DNA of 64,000 nucleotides from Candidatus Latescibacterota bacterium (GTDB lineage Bacteria > Latescibacterota > UBA2968 > GCA-2709665). Shown in pieces: positions 10,538-20,500 of this stretch (position 1 is its first letter; each line of letters starts with the position of its first letter). Where the stretch lies: contig OZ252100.1 of the NCBI GenBank assembly GCA_965248435.1, forward strand, positions 5,280,001-5,344,000, written 5' to 3'. A program made the position numbers and the translations under genes. The notes beneath the pieces are model-generated. The model was not told where the DNA came from. It ran no database searches and saw only the letters and a list, made by a program, of their open reading frames with translations.

Positions 10538-11950
10538 TCAAGATGTCTCGTCTTTCGAAAGGAGCCGGTCTACCTCTTTCTCAACGTGGCGGGACGCTTC
10601 CTGTTCATCGTACTCTGATTTCAGTCGGCGAACTTCCGCATCGCTCAGCTTCTTGAAAGGCCAATCGTCATCATTGGCGATTCTCCAGGAAATCCGGGCG
10701 TATTGAAATGCGGCATCCCTCATAGCCAGCAGGTCCACTTTATCTGTTGTATCGTGGCGCGTGTGGTAAAAGGCGAATCCCCAGCGATGGTAAGGGGCGC
10801 CACCGAATGCCGACGGGACCCCCTCGGCGGCGAAGGGGTAGTGATCCGCAGACAGGTGATCGGGTTCGCTGTATGGATGGTCGTCCATATCGACCGGGAA
10901 TTCCACACCCATCCTTTTGCCCATTTCCCGCAGGTAGTCCGTCGTATCTACTCCATAGATGATTAATCCCTTTGGGCCGAGCCTGCCTGCCGAGTCCAGG
11001 TTCAACATGAACCTTGTGTTGCGGAGGTCTTCGTCGTGGCTGTCGACGTAGGCGTGCGCCCCGATCAGTCCAAGCTCCTCCACACCAAAAAAGATGAAAC
11101 GGACCTTCCGCTTGAGTCGGCTCGAATGGATGCTCATCGCTCGGGCGATCTCAAGCGTGGGAACGGTTCCCGACACCGGATCCTGGGCGCCCTGGGCGAG
11201 GTCGTGTCCGTCGTAGTGTACGCCGATGATGACCATCCCCTCACCTTCGTCTTTATCTCCAAGGTCACCGATGACGTTCCAGGAGACCTTCCTCTCCTGA
11301 GTGTCAGTGGTTTCAACCTCTGCATTTACAAAGCCTTTTCTGCGTATCGTCCTCTGAAAAAGCATTGCGGTCTCTTTGGAGACCACAATACCCGGTATCG
11401 GGCCCCACTTGTTGAACCCCAGGGCCCCGGTGACGGGTCCAAGACCCTCGTGCGAGCCCACGAAGATGAAGGCTTTTGCACCCGCCAGGACGGATCTGTT
11501 GTACTTTTCCGTACGCTGGATCCAACGGGTCTCGAATGCTGGATTTTCAACGCTAACGAGCGCGATGTTTCCGTCAAGCTCCGGTTTGAGATCATCGAAG
11601 GTGCTCGGCGATCCCAATCCTAGATCGATGACCTTACCCTGAACCCGTCCCGGAGGGGACATCGGCAGGGAGAGACACTCCAGCTCTCTCTGCCATGGGG
11701 ATGTGACAGTCAGCCTCGCAGGTCCCCGGGTCCAGCCGTTGTATTCGAACGGCTCATTGTGAACGTTGTCGAGAGCATACTCGTGCAGCTTTGATTCCAA
11801 GAACTCTGCTGCTGTTTTCTCGGACTCCGTCCCGCCGAAACGGCTGCCGAAATCATCGCAGAGGATTTCAAGGTTTTCCTGGAGTTCGTACGATGTAAAG
11901 ATTTCGCCAGCAAGCAGCTTGTCGAATTCCAATGCTTCTCGTTCATTCAT
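10538..11950 (-). CDS. M28-family peptidase with PA domain
   Basis: HYD, GAQD, EELGLIG, NLD, ADH, YHTRHDT metal-ligand motifs. Confidence 0.88.
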   Translation of the reverse strand: MNEREALEFDKLLAGEIFTSYELQENLEILCDDFGSRFGGTESEKTAAEFLESKLHEYALDNVHNEPFEYNGWTRGPARLTVTSPWQRELECLSLPMSPPGRVQGKVIDLGLGSPSTFDDLKPELDGNIALVSVENPAFETRWIQRTEKYNRSVLAGAKAFIFVGSHEGLGPVTGALGFNKWGPIPGIVVSKETAMLFQRTIRRKGFVNAEVETTDTQERKVSWNVIGDLGDKDEGEGMVIIGVHYDGHDLAQGAQDPVSGTVPTLEIARAMSIHSSRLKRKVRFIFFGVEELGLIGAHAYVDSHDEDLRNTRFMLNLDSAGRLGPKGLIIYGVDTTDYLREMGKRMGVEFPVDMDDHPYSEPDHLSADHYPFAAEGVPSAFGGAPYHRWGFAFYHTRHDTTDKVDLLAMRDAAFQYARISWRIANDDDWPFKKLSDAEVRRLKSEYDEQEASRHVEKEVDRLLSKDETS

Positions 11951-12674
11951 TGTAAAGCCCCATGGTTTCGATCTTGTCCTCGATTCTTCTGGGGACCCAA
12001 TCGCGAATGGACTCTCCTCGCATTTTACGACCCCGCACCTCGGTAGATGACATTTCCGAATAAGGAGGCTCGAGGTGAATGGTGTCCACTCGATGCTTGA
12101 ACTTGCTGCAATCGGCCTTGTTTAACAGGCCCCTGACTGCGTTCGCACCCGCTTCTCCACGATTTGCCGCCACCACCTTCGCACCCTCGAAGAGGCGGTT
12201 CAGGTCCATTTCCATGTCATCATAATACTTGGGATCGAACAATCTCCTGAGTGTATCGTAGCCTAGGATAAAAGAGATTTCTGTATCTGTCGGAAGGAGA
12301 CCGAGGAGGGCGGTCGCTTTGTCCACGAATCGGGCATGGCTGCATCCCGCTACTGAAACGTCATCGCAGTCTTCCGCGAAGGCAAGAAGCATAGAAAGGC
12401 GGTGTCCCAAATCTGCTCCGAACACCTCCTTGTCTACGTTTGTCTGCGAAAGCATCAGAACGATTTCGCTGAGATTCGAGGCCTCACGGGCCGCTTTGAT
12501 CATCTGTTCGTGGGCAAGCGTCATCGGGTTAAAAGAAGCGTCCAGAACACCGATGCTCTTCCCGGGGGTGGAGACGGCATTTGGGGCCCGCCTCAAGAAC
12601 CTCACCGAAGGCGGCCCATCTGGCCTCAAGCCAGACATGAATCTTCCGAGACACTCAACGTCTTGTTCGGCCAT
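11943..12674 (-). CDS. Nicotinamide/nicotinate-nucleotide adenylyltransferase-like (Pof1-type) protein
   Basis: LDASFNPMTLAH, ARFVDK, GYDTLRRLFDPKYY, MSSTEVR. Confidence 0.75.
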   Translation of the reverse strand: MAEQDVECLGRFMSGLRPDGPPSVRFLRRAPNAVSTPGKSIGVLDASFNPMTLAHEQMIKAAREASNLSEIVLMLSQTNVDKEVFGADLGHRLSMLLAFAEDCDDVSVAGCSHARFVDKATALLGLLPTDTEISFILGYDTLRRLFDPKYYDDMEMDLNRLFEGAKVVAANRGEAGANAVRGLLNKADCSKFKHRVDTIHLEPPYSEMSSTEVRGRKMRGESIRDWVPRRIEDKIETMGLYNE

Positions 12675-12981
12675 CTCTTATTTTTTTTTATGACTGCCGA
12701 TTCTTTCCTCGCGGTGGGCCTAACCAGAAATGTGCGAGTATGGTAGGTTTGAGGGGTGCCGAAGTCAATTGAAATTTGGCCCAATTTTAGACGAGTCATC
12801 GCGGTTAGGACCGGGTCTCTCGAGTCCTGAGATCCTTGGCGGTTCGGTCAGTTCTGATCATCAAAGGATGGGGTAAACGGTGCATTTGCGCCATGTCAAC
12901 ACGATTTTGGGTTTTGGGGACCCGAGAGCCTATCCTTGTAACGTGCTCTGAGACTGCATATAACATCATTTTTGGCTCGAA

Positions 12982-12997
12982 TGGTATGCGTTTTGCA
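12982..12997 (+). promoter_or_regulatory. Sigma54 (-24/-12) promoter candidate
   Basis: TGGTATGCGTTTTGCA with GG-N10-GC spacing. Confidence 0.6.
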
Positions 12998-13007
12998 ATC
13001 TCTGCTA

Positions 13008-13105
13008 GTGGTTATCCCTTTGCAGGGGGGATCGGAGTTCCTGGCCTTTGACAGCCCCGACCTGTCATTTGCCTCCAAAGACCCGGTTCCCTCTGCTTTT
13101 TCTAT
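13008..13105 (+). ncRNA. Candidate structured small RNA or attenuator
   Basis: 14-bp stem 13022-13035/13083-13096 (3 G-U pairs that form only on the + strand), inner TGACAG/CTGTCA hairpin, then a U-tract; lies just after the sigma54 motif. Confidence 0.45.
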
Positions 13106-13267
13106 TTCACAAGCGAGCGGGCGACTTTAAGCTTGACATCAGAGGGCCAGGAGCGCCATCTTATTTCCATAAGCACGTATGAAAATAAGACTTAACGGTT
13201 CTACTGATTTACCTCCCGACAGCATCACAGTGTCATTCTCAAGTCTAATCTTCATCCAGGACCGGCG

Positions 13268-14680
13268 ATGAAGCGTAAAGCGCAGCGTCCCTCTGCAAGT
13301 GTTTTGGTTGTCGACCCCGATGAAGCGACCAGTTCCGCCATTCAGCGGTTGCTGAGTGCCGATAACCATCGTGTTCGAATCGCGCGCTCCGGAGAAGAAG
13401 GTCTTGAACTGTGCGCCGAGGAGTCGCCCTCTCTCGTCCTCCTGGACATAAATCTTCCCGGAATTGACGGCCTGGAAACCCTGCGGCGGATAAAGGAGAT
13501 GGGGAAGGATTGCGCTGTCGTCATGGTCACGGCTTATGAGTCTGCCTCTACCGTGGTGGGGGCCATGAAGCTGGGCGCAGAGGACTATATTACCAAGCCG
13601 CTTCCGATGGAAGAGCTCCGGGTCCTCGTGGACAAGCTGGTCGGGCAACGTCAACATTACAGACATTCGACGGGCAGAGGTCTGGGAGAGATGGTCGGTG
13701 ACAGTGCTCCGATGCGGCAAGTCTATGACCTGATACGGCGAATTGCGAAGGCCTCGGTAACGGTGCTGATTACAGGGGAAAGCGGGACAGGCAAGGAGGT
13801 GGTCGCGCGGGCGATCCATCAGAACAGCGAACGTCAATCGCTGCCTTTTCTCTCGGTGAGTTGTGCCTCCATTCCTGGAAGTCTGTTGGAGGCCGAGCTG
13901 TTCGGCTATGAAAGAGGTGCGTTTACCGACGCAAAGGCCCGAAAGAAGGGGCTCATCGAAGTCGCCGGAGAAGGCACGCTCCTGCTGGATGAGATCGGGC
14001 TCATGCCCGTCGATCTGCAGGGCAAGCTGCTCAGCGTGCTCGAAACGCGCAGATTTCGCAGGCTTGGCGGGACAGGAGAGTTGTCAGCGCCCGCACGCTT
14101 TGTCGCGGCCACGAACGCGAACTTGGAGGAGGCGGTTAGAGCTGGCGAGTTTCGTGAGGATCTATACTATAGACTGAACGTGATCCCCATTCATCTTCCC
14201 CCTTTGCGAGAACGAGGGAAAGACATCCTCCTTTTGGCTCAGCAGTTTCTCAGAGAGTGCAGCCATCGACACGGCCTGCCGTTACGTACGCTGTCGCCTG
14301 AGTCCCAGACGTTGATGATGTCCTATGCCTGGCCTGGAAATGTCCGCGAGTTGAAGAACGTGATCGAGCGGGCCGTCCTGTTGACTGATGAAGCGGTGGT
14401 AGAACCGTCCGGCCTGGCAATAAACAGACGAGGTCAGGAAGACCTGGAGGGAAGCCCGATCGAGGTTTCGGACGCGGGCATCATTCAGGTCTCTTTTCCC
14501 CCCTGGGGAATTCCCCTGGAGGATCTTGAGCGGCAGGTGATCGAAGAGGCCCTGATTCACACAGAGGGGAACATCTCTCAGGCCGCCAGACTCCTCCACA
14601 TCAGCCGCTATGCGCTCCGCTACAGGATGCAGAAACACGGGATCCCGTTTCCTGAGGAGGGACATCAGGTAGGCGTGTAG
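13268..14680 (+). CDS. Sigma54-dependent response regulator (REC-AAA+-Fis HTH, NtrC/AtoC type)
   Basis: LLDINLPG receiver, [32 protein letters not shown]. Confidence 0.95.
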   Translation: MKRKAQRPSASVLVVDPDEATSSAIQRLLSADNHRVRIARSGEEGLELCAEESPSLVLLDINLPGIDGLETLRRIKEMGKDCAVVMVTAYESASTVVGAMKLGAEDYITKPLPMEELRVLVDKLVGQRQHYRHSTGRGLGEMVGDSAPMRQVYDLIRRIAKASVTVLITGESGTGKEVVARAIHQNSERQSLPFLSVSCASIPGSLLEAELFGYERGAFTDAKARKKGLIEVAGEGTLLLDEIGLMPVDLQGKLLSVLETRRFRRLGGTGELSAPARFVAATNANLEEAVRAGEFREDLYYRLNVIPIHLPPLRERGKDILLLAQQFLRECSHRHGLPLRTLSPESQTLMMSYAWPGNVRELKNVIERAVLLTDEAVVEPSGLAINRRGQEDLEGSPIEVSDAGIIQVSFPPWGIPLEDLERQVIEEALIHTEGNISQAARLLHISRYALRYRMQKHGIPFPEEGHQVGV

Positions 14681-14695
14681 TTACACAGCAGGGAG

Positions 14696-14735
14696 AAAAA
14701 CCGGATGTCCGGAATCAAAGGACATCCGGTTTTTT
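14696..14735 (+). terminator. Intrinsic terminator-like hairpin
   Basis: AAAAACCGGATGTCC-N9-GGACATCCGGTTTTTT directly after the regulator. Confidence 0.7.
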
Positions 14736-14796
14736 GTGCCGTGAGTTATCTATGCACAATGGTTTGGGCGATTTAATCGTGAAGACTGTTGAGAAG

Positions 14797-14963
14797 TATA
14801 TGTGTTATATAACACATATACTATCGGAAACTCATGTCTATTCAGGTCGTCCATATATTGATATAATTAATTATTATTATGCATATTTAATAGAAATTAG
14901 CGTTACCATAGCAAAGCCCGATCCTGAAGATTTGTAAGAATATATGTGTGATATAGCACATAT
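14797..14963. promoter_or_regulatory. Twin palindromic enhancer-like sites (UAS candidates)
   Basis: ATATGTG-N8-CACATAT at 14798 and 14942 (144 bp apart); the first is within a perfect 24-bp palindrome 14797-14820. Confidence 0.6.
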
Positions 14964-15106
14964 CCATCATACGGTATCGCTGAAGCCAGGTGAAGGCTTG
15001 ACGGATATCTCAAAGTTTCCCAAAAGGTTCGATTATACTGGCAGAGAGACTGTTACGAATCCAACGGGATGGGTACCCTCGTTGATTTACCTCAAAACTT
15101 GGGTTC

Positions 15107-15122
15107 GGGCACAAAGTTTGCC
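15107..15122 (+). promoter_or_regulatory. Sigma54 (-24/-12) promoter candidate
   Basis: GGGCACAAAGTTTGCC with GG-N10-GC spacing, about 145 bp downstream of the second palindrome. Confidence 0.6.
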
Positions 15123-15503
15123 TAGTGTCATCCTCATTCAAAAGCCACGATAGCGGTTTCGGCACAAGACTATGCGCGTTTATATAGGCTGTTGGACGCA
15201 CACCAACGCATTCCTAGCACACACAACGAAAAAGGCAGGTCGGGGCAAAATTCGCGCGGCGCAGATTGCGGTTTGAAGGGTTCATTGCTATCCTATGAGT
15301 AAGGAGGTTCATCCGAAATCATGTAGCCAAAATCCACCTTTGGAATTGGGTTTACCGGCCTGAATTGCGTCCCGGACTCGAGCCAGTGGATGAACAATGC
15401 TAGCCAGATGAGGGCACATAGGGACTGCCCCGAAAGATGTAAGACATTGCCCTGACAGAATTCCCCAATGGATGTTTTCCAACTCCCCAGGAGGTTTTAA
15501 GTC

Positions 15504-16229
15504 ATGAGGTACTGCAAGCACGGCCTGAGCAGGTATATCCTTTACGGCGTTATCTCAGGAATGAGTCTGTTGCTGTTGACCGCGTGCGCGGAACTTACGC
15601 CTTCTCCGCTTTCGCCACAGCAGACAGCCCAACTCGATCAGGCTGCGCTAAGCAGTTCCGGTTCCGTCAGTTTTGTTTTCTCCCCCGGTTCCCCTGATCC
15701 ATCGAGGGCATCGATGCCGGCAGGCAAGCTCGCTGACACGAAGACCGAATCCAGGACGGCCTCGGGGAAGATCACACCGAGACGTGGTGGAAAACTTCGG
15801 GTCAAATTCGATCGACGCGACGACGATGGCGACGATGATGATGGCGACGACGATGATCGTGATGACGACGGCGTTCGAGTCAAAAGTGCGACCTTCGTGG
15901 TGAAACGGGGTTCGATAGAGGAAGCGCACAGGATCAGAATGAGAGTCACTTCAGGGTCTACCCTTGATGACGTGTCGGTGGAATTCACGCCTTCAGGTCT
16001 CTCGTTCGATCCGCCCGCAAGACTCACGATTATCCTTGTCGGCGAGCTGGATGAGGAGGACCTCGAGAACCTCCACGTTTGGCACATCGAAGGGGACAAG
16101 GCCACCGAAGTACCGGTCAAGATTTCGTCTGACGATGATGAATGGGAACTTGTCATAGAAGTGCCCGGATTCTCTTGGTACGATTTGGGCGGGGATGAAG
16201 GGTGTGGTTGGGTTGGATTCTGTTACTGA
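15504..16229 (+). CDS. Lipoprotein with ZU5-like domain, Asp-rich loop and Cys-containing C-terminal tail
   Basis: Lipobox LTAC; GKI...GGKL, FTPSGLSFDPPARLTI and VPGFSWY match the ZU5 pattern; AGGAGG RBS upstream. Confidence 0.7.
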   Translation: MRYCKHGLSRYILYGVISGMSLLLLTACAELTPSPLSPQQTAQLDQAALSSSGSVSFVFSPGSPDPSRASMPAGKLADTKTESRTASGKITPRRGGKLRVKFDRRDDDGDDDDGDDDDRDDDGVRVKSATFVVKRGSIEEAHRIRMRVTSGSTLDDVSVEFTPSGLSFDPPARLTIILVGELDEEDLENLHVWHIEGDKATEVPVKISSDDDEWELVIEVPGFSWYDLGGDEGCGWVGFCY

Positions 16230-16277
16230 CTGAGCAAAGGCGTCAGCGTTTCCATATTCTAGAAATCCATATCGAGG

Positions 16278-17468
16278 GTGAAAGAATTGCAGATTTCAAC
16301 CATTCAAGCCTTGATCGAGAGACTCTCTGAATTCCGGAGGGAGGAGGAGGTTGACGACCTCCTTCAGAGTATTGTTTCGGAAGCGGCTCCAACGGAGCAT
16401 CATCTTCGACAGATTGAACAGGTTTTGGAAACCTTTGCAGGGTTGGCGGGGGCGGAGCAGCAGGATGCACCCGATCTCTTGCTTACCCTGGGTCGGACCT
16501 ACGAACGGTTGTCACACCTCGAAAAGGCACGTGAAACCTATGAGAAGGCCCTTAATCTGGCCGAAGGTCGCGATGAGCCGGCGTTCGTGGCGATTTTGCA
16601 TTGTCGACTCGGGAGAGTGTTATCCCGACAAGACAGCTGGGATGGGGCCCTAGGTCATCTCGATCTTAGCGAGAACGCGTTTCGTGAACTGGACGACGAA
16701 GGTGGATTGGCCAGAGTGGCGATAAATCGGGGTGTCGTCTTTCACGAGCGTGGGGATTACGACAGAGCAGCGGAACTCTACAGCGAGGCCCTGGATCTTG
16801 CTCGGAAAACTGGAGACAGAAAGATCGTGGCGAACGCCAGCAACAACCTCGCGGTACTAGCGACCATTCGAGGCGATTTGAGCGATGCCGTGGCCCAGTA
16901 TCAGGCCTGCCTGTCCGTCTCCGACCAGCTTTCAGACCAGCGTGTGAAGGCCCGCATCTATTACAATCTGGGCATGACGTACGTGGCTATGAATGACTGG
17001 AACGGAGCAACAGACTGTTATGAACGGTGTCTGGAGGTTGCACAGGAAGCTGGTTTGGTAGATGTCACGGCAAATGTTTACCGTTGCAGGGCGGAGCTAC
17101 TGCTCGAGTTAGGTGATAGCTCGATGGCCGCAACCTGTTGTGCCCGTGCCCTGGAGATTTACAGGGAAACCGGGGACAGACTCAGGGAGGCGGATGCCTA
17201 TAGGTGTCTGGGCAGGGTATTTACGCTAAAGCGGCAATGGAGCGTGGCTGATAGCCTTTTTCAGCACAGCTTGCGTCTGAATGAAGAATATCAACATCCC
17301 CTGGGAGTTGCCGAAGCACGGAGGGATCAGGGGAAGATGCAGATGGCCAGGAACCGCAAGACAGACGCTCGGACGTCTTTCGAAGTGGCCCTCTCCGACT
17401 TCCGTGGGTTGGGTGTGCAGGCGTCGGTCAGAGAAGTCGAGGGTCTACTCGGGACACTTGACAACTAG
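16278..17468 (+). CDS. Stand-alone TPR protein
   Basis: About 40-aa helical repeats (NRG, NNLA, YNLG, LGR). Confidence 0.9.
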   Translation: MKELQISTIQALIERLSEFRREEEVDDLLQSIVSEAAPTEHHLRQIEQVLETFAGLAGAEQQDAPDLLLTLGRTYERLSHLEKARETYEKALNLAEGRDEPAFVAILHCRLGRVLSRQDSWDGALGHLDLSENAFRELDDEGGLARVAINRGVVFHERGDYDRAAELYSEALDLARKTGDRKIVANASNNLAVLATIRGDLSDAVAQYQACLSVSDQLSDQRVKARIYYNLGMTYVAMNDWNGATDCYERCLEVAQEAGLVDVTANVYRCRAELLLELGDSSMAATCCARALEIYRETGDRLREADAYRCLGRVFTLKRQWSVADSLFQHSLRLNEEYQHPLGVAEARRDQGKMQMARNRKTDARTSFEVALSDFRGLGVQASVREVEGLLGTLDN

Positions 17469-17496
17469 CGAGTTTGCGTTTCGTAGCTTTTCTTAG

Positions 17497-17518
17497 AAAG
17501 CGGCCTACCGGCCGCTTT
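17497..17518 (+). terminator. Intra-cluster terminator-like hairpin
   Basis: AAAGCGGCC-TACC-GGCCGCTTT followed by ATTT. Confidence 0.55.
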
Positions 17519-17572
17519 ATTTGCATTGGTTCGGTCTTTCATTTACCAAACCAACTCGTCAGCGAGAAGCTT

Positions 17573-20500
17573 ATGGTGAATGGTGTATTGACTGGAGAAA
17601 AAATCGGGCAGTATGAGGTCCGAGAAAGAATCGGCCAGGGCGCGATGGGCACGGTCTACCGTGCCTGCGATACATCGCTGCAGCGAGAGGTGGCAATCAA
17701 GGTTCTTTCCACGATTGCTTCGCCGACGCCGAGGGAAGTCGAACGATTCTACCGAGAGGCGCGTGCTGCCGCGGGACTGTCTCATCCAAACGTAGTTTCT
17801 GTACACCAAATCGGGGAACACAACGGGGCTTACTACTTCGTTATGGAGCTCTGTGAGGGTGATTCCTTGCGAGAGCTGGTCCGGTCCGGAAAAAGGATGC
17901 CGTGGCGAAAGGGCCTGGACGTCGCGGTCCAGGTGTGCCGGGCTCTCGAGGCGGCCCACGGTCGGGACCTTCTTCACCGGGACATCAAGCCGGACAACGT
18001 CTGGCTGCTCTCGGACGGGCTTGTAAAGGTCCTGGACTTCGGGATCGTCCGCTTTTCGGCCGCGCAGACCCTTACGCAGGAAGGGGACGCGCTCGGGACC
18101 CCGGAGTATATGTCACCCGAGCAGATCCTGGGCGAAGAGCTGGATGCCAGATGCGACGTCTACGCTGTCGGGATTCTGATGTACGAGCTGTTTACAGGCC
18201 ATCCACCGTTTACCGGACCCAACCCGGTAACGATCATCTACAAGCAGATGGAGGAAGACCCCACACCGCCCGGCCAACTCTCCGGAGATCTGCCGATCGC
18301 CCTGGAGAGAATCATCCTGAAGGCGATCTCCAAGGATCGGGCTGAGCGCTATCCGTCCGCTGCCCGGATGCGTGAGGAGATGGAGGCACTACTGGAAGGC
18401 CGGGAAGCGGCGGACGTAGAAACAGGAGAACTTCCGGAAGAAAGGGCCAAGAAGACCGGCATTCGATTTGAATGCCGGCTGGTCGGGCGAGAAGACGAAC
18501 TGGGGTTGCTGAAACAGGCCGTGGATCGTCTTGATTCGGAGGCCGGGGGCTGCGTCCTGATCGGGGGGGAGGCGGGCATCGGGAAGACGCGGCTGGCCGG
18601 AGAGGCCATGGCCTATGCCCGGCGGAAGGGCGCTATGGTCTTTCAGGGATCGTGCCTCTACAGCGATGGACCCGACCCATATGCGCCCTTCATCCAGGCC
18701 CTGGAGGAGGCGCTGACGGCCGGCGACGAGGATGGGCAGAAACGGTTGCTCGCCTTCATTCGAGATGAGGCCCCGGAACTCCGAGAGCTCACTTCGCGGT
18801 TGATGACGGCAATAAACACCCGGCTGACCGGGAACCCGTTCGAATCCACGGAAACAGGGGTCGTCTCCAGGGAGCGTCTGTTCGAGGCGGTTTCGCAGAC
18901 GCTCTTGTTTCTTTCTGGCGAAAGACCGGTCGTGCTGCTCCTGGACGATCTCCAATGGGCGGACAGCGGCACCCTGCAGCTTCTACACTATGTCTTGCGC
19001 TACGCCTCCGAGCGGCGTCTCCTCATACTGGGGACGGTCCGTTCGGAGGACCTGCTCCCCGACAGGGAGGGAGAGGCACATCCCGTCGCTGACGCGCTGC
19101 AGCGGATGAACACGGAAGGTCTTATCCAGAAGGTGGAGCTCAGTGGGCTCGACCATCGCGGCGTCAGCCTGATGGCGAGGTTCATCTTTCGGCGGGCCCT
19201 GTTTTCTTCCGGGTTTCGAGCTTCGCTCTACAAGGAAACGGGCGGGAATCCGCTCTTCGTCCTAGAGGTCCTCAGGCTTCTTCGGGACGAGGGGATCATC
19301 TATGAGCGGAAGGGCATATGGCGTGAGCGGCGTGAGATAACGAGTGAGGATATTCCGGATCGGGTCTATGACGTCGTCGTTCGGCGAATCGAAAGGCTCG
19401 CGGAGAACCAGCGGGAGCTTCTGCAGCTTGCCGCGGTAGCAGGCGAGAGTTTCGGTTCAACGATGCTTTCCAGCATCTCAGGGGAAGAACGGGTCCCCGT
19501 CCTCCGGAAACTGGACCGTATGGAGCGGAAACATCAGCTTCTGCGTTCTGATGGGGAGGCTTACACCTTCAGCCACCCCAAGATCAGGGAGATCCTTTAC
19601 GAAGAAATCTCGGACGAACTGAGGCAGGAATACCACCTCATTTCCGGGAAATATTTGGAAGACCAGGCCGGGAAGGGCGCGAGAATCCCGGTTGGAGATC
19701 TTGCACGCCACTTCTTTCACGGGGGTGTGCCCGAAAAGGCCCTACCCTACCTCATTCGCGCTGGAGATCAGGCCACTCGCATGTTCGCTTTCAGAGAAGC
19801 GCTGGATCTCTACAGGTGGGCGTCTCAGTCGCTTACCTCGCGAAAACAATCACCGGAAACAATCAGGCTTAGTGCTTCGCTGCAATTTAGACTCGGCGGA
19901 GTATGTAAAAGATTAGGGGAAATTGAGGCGGCCCTCGATTACTTAACCTGCGCCGAAAACCTGGCACAGGGCGTGGCTGATCACAGGCTGATGGGGGAAG
20001 CCCAACTTGCCAAGGGGCAGATTCACTTCCGCTCAGGAAACTACGAGCTGGCGACTCAGCAGTACCAAGAATCCGCGAACCATTTCAGATTGGCGGGTGA
20101 TCTGAAGTCCGTCTGTTCAGTGCTTGTCAGTGCCGCTAATATCCCTTTTGAACAAGGAAAGTGGAGCAGTGTAGAAGCGTACTATACTCGGGCACTTGAG
20201 ATTGCTAGAGAATCCAGAGACCGACGCGAGATTGCCAAGATAAACATGAACCTGGGAATTATGGCGAGTATTCGCGGGAACGGGGAACGGGCACTCAAGC
20301 ACTACGAGAAAAGCAGACGAACTTTCGAGAAGCTGAAGGATTGGCAGAACCTGGCCAAGGTCTCCGTGAACGAAGGGTGGTTCTACGCAGGAAGGAAGGA
20401 CTGGCCCCGCGCCCAGCAAGCCTACAACGATGCCCTCTCGATCTGTAAGAAGACACGTAATATCGCGTCTGAGGCGAAGTGCTTCCTGAATCTTGCTGAA

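Noticed and set aside
15160-15176. Second GGCAC...TGC sigma54-like motif
   Set aside because: GG-GC spacing is 11 nt rather than the required 10
15225-15275. GGCAAA-containing stretch as a c-di-GMP-I riboswitch
   Set aside because: Lacks the GNRA stem and second-stem consensus
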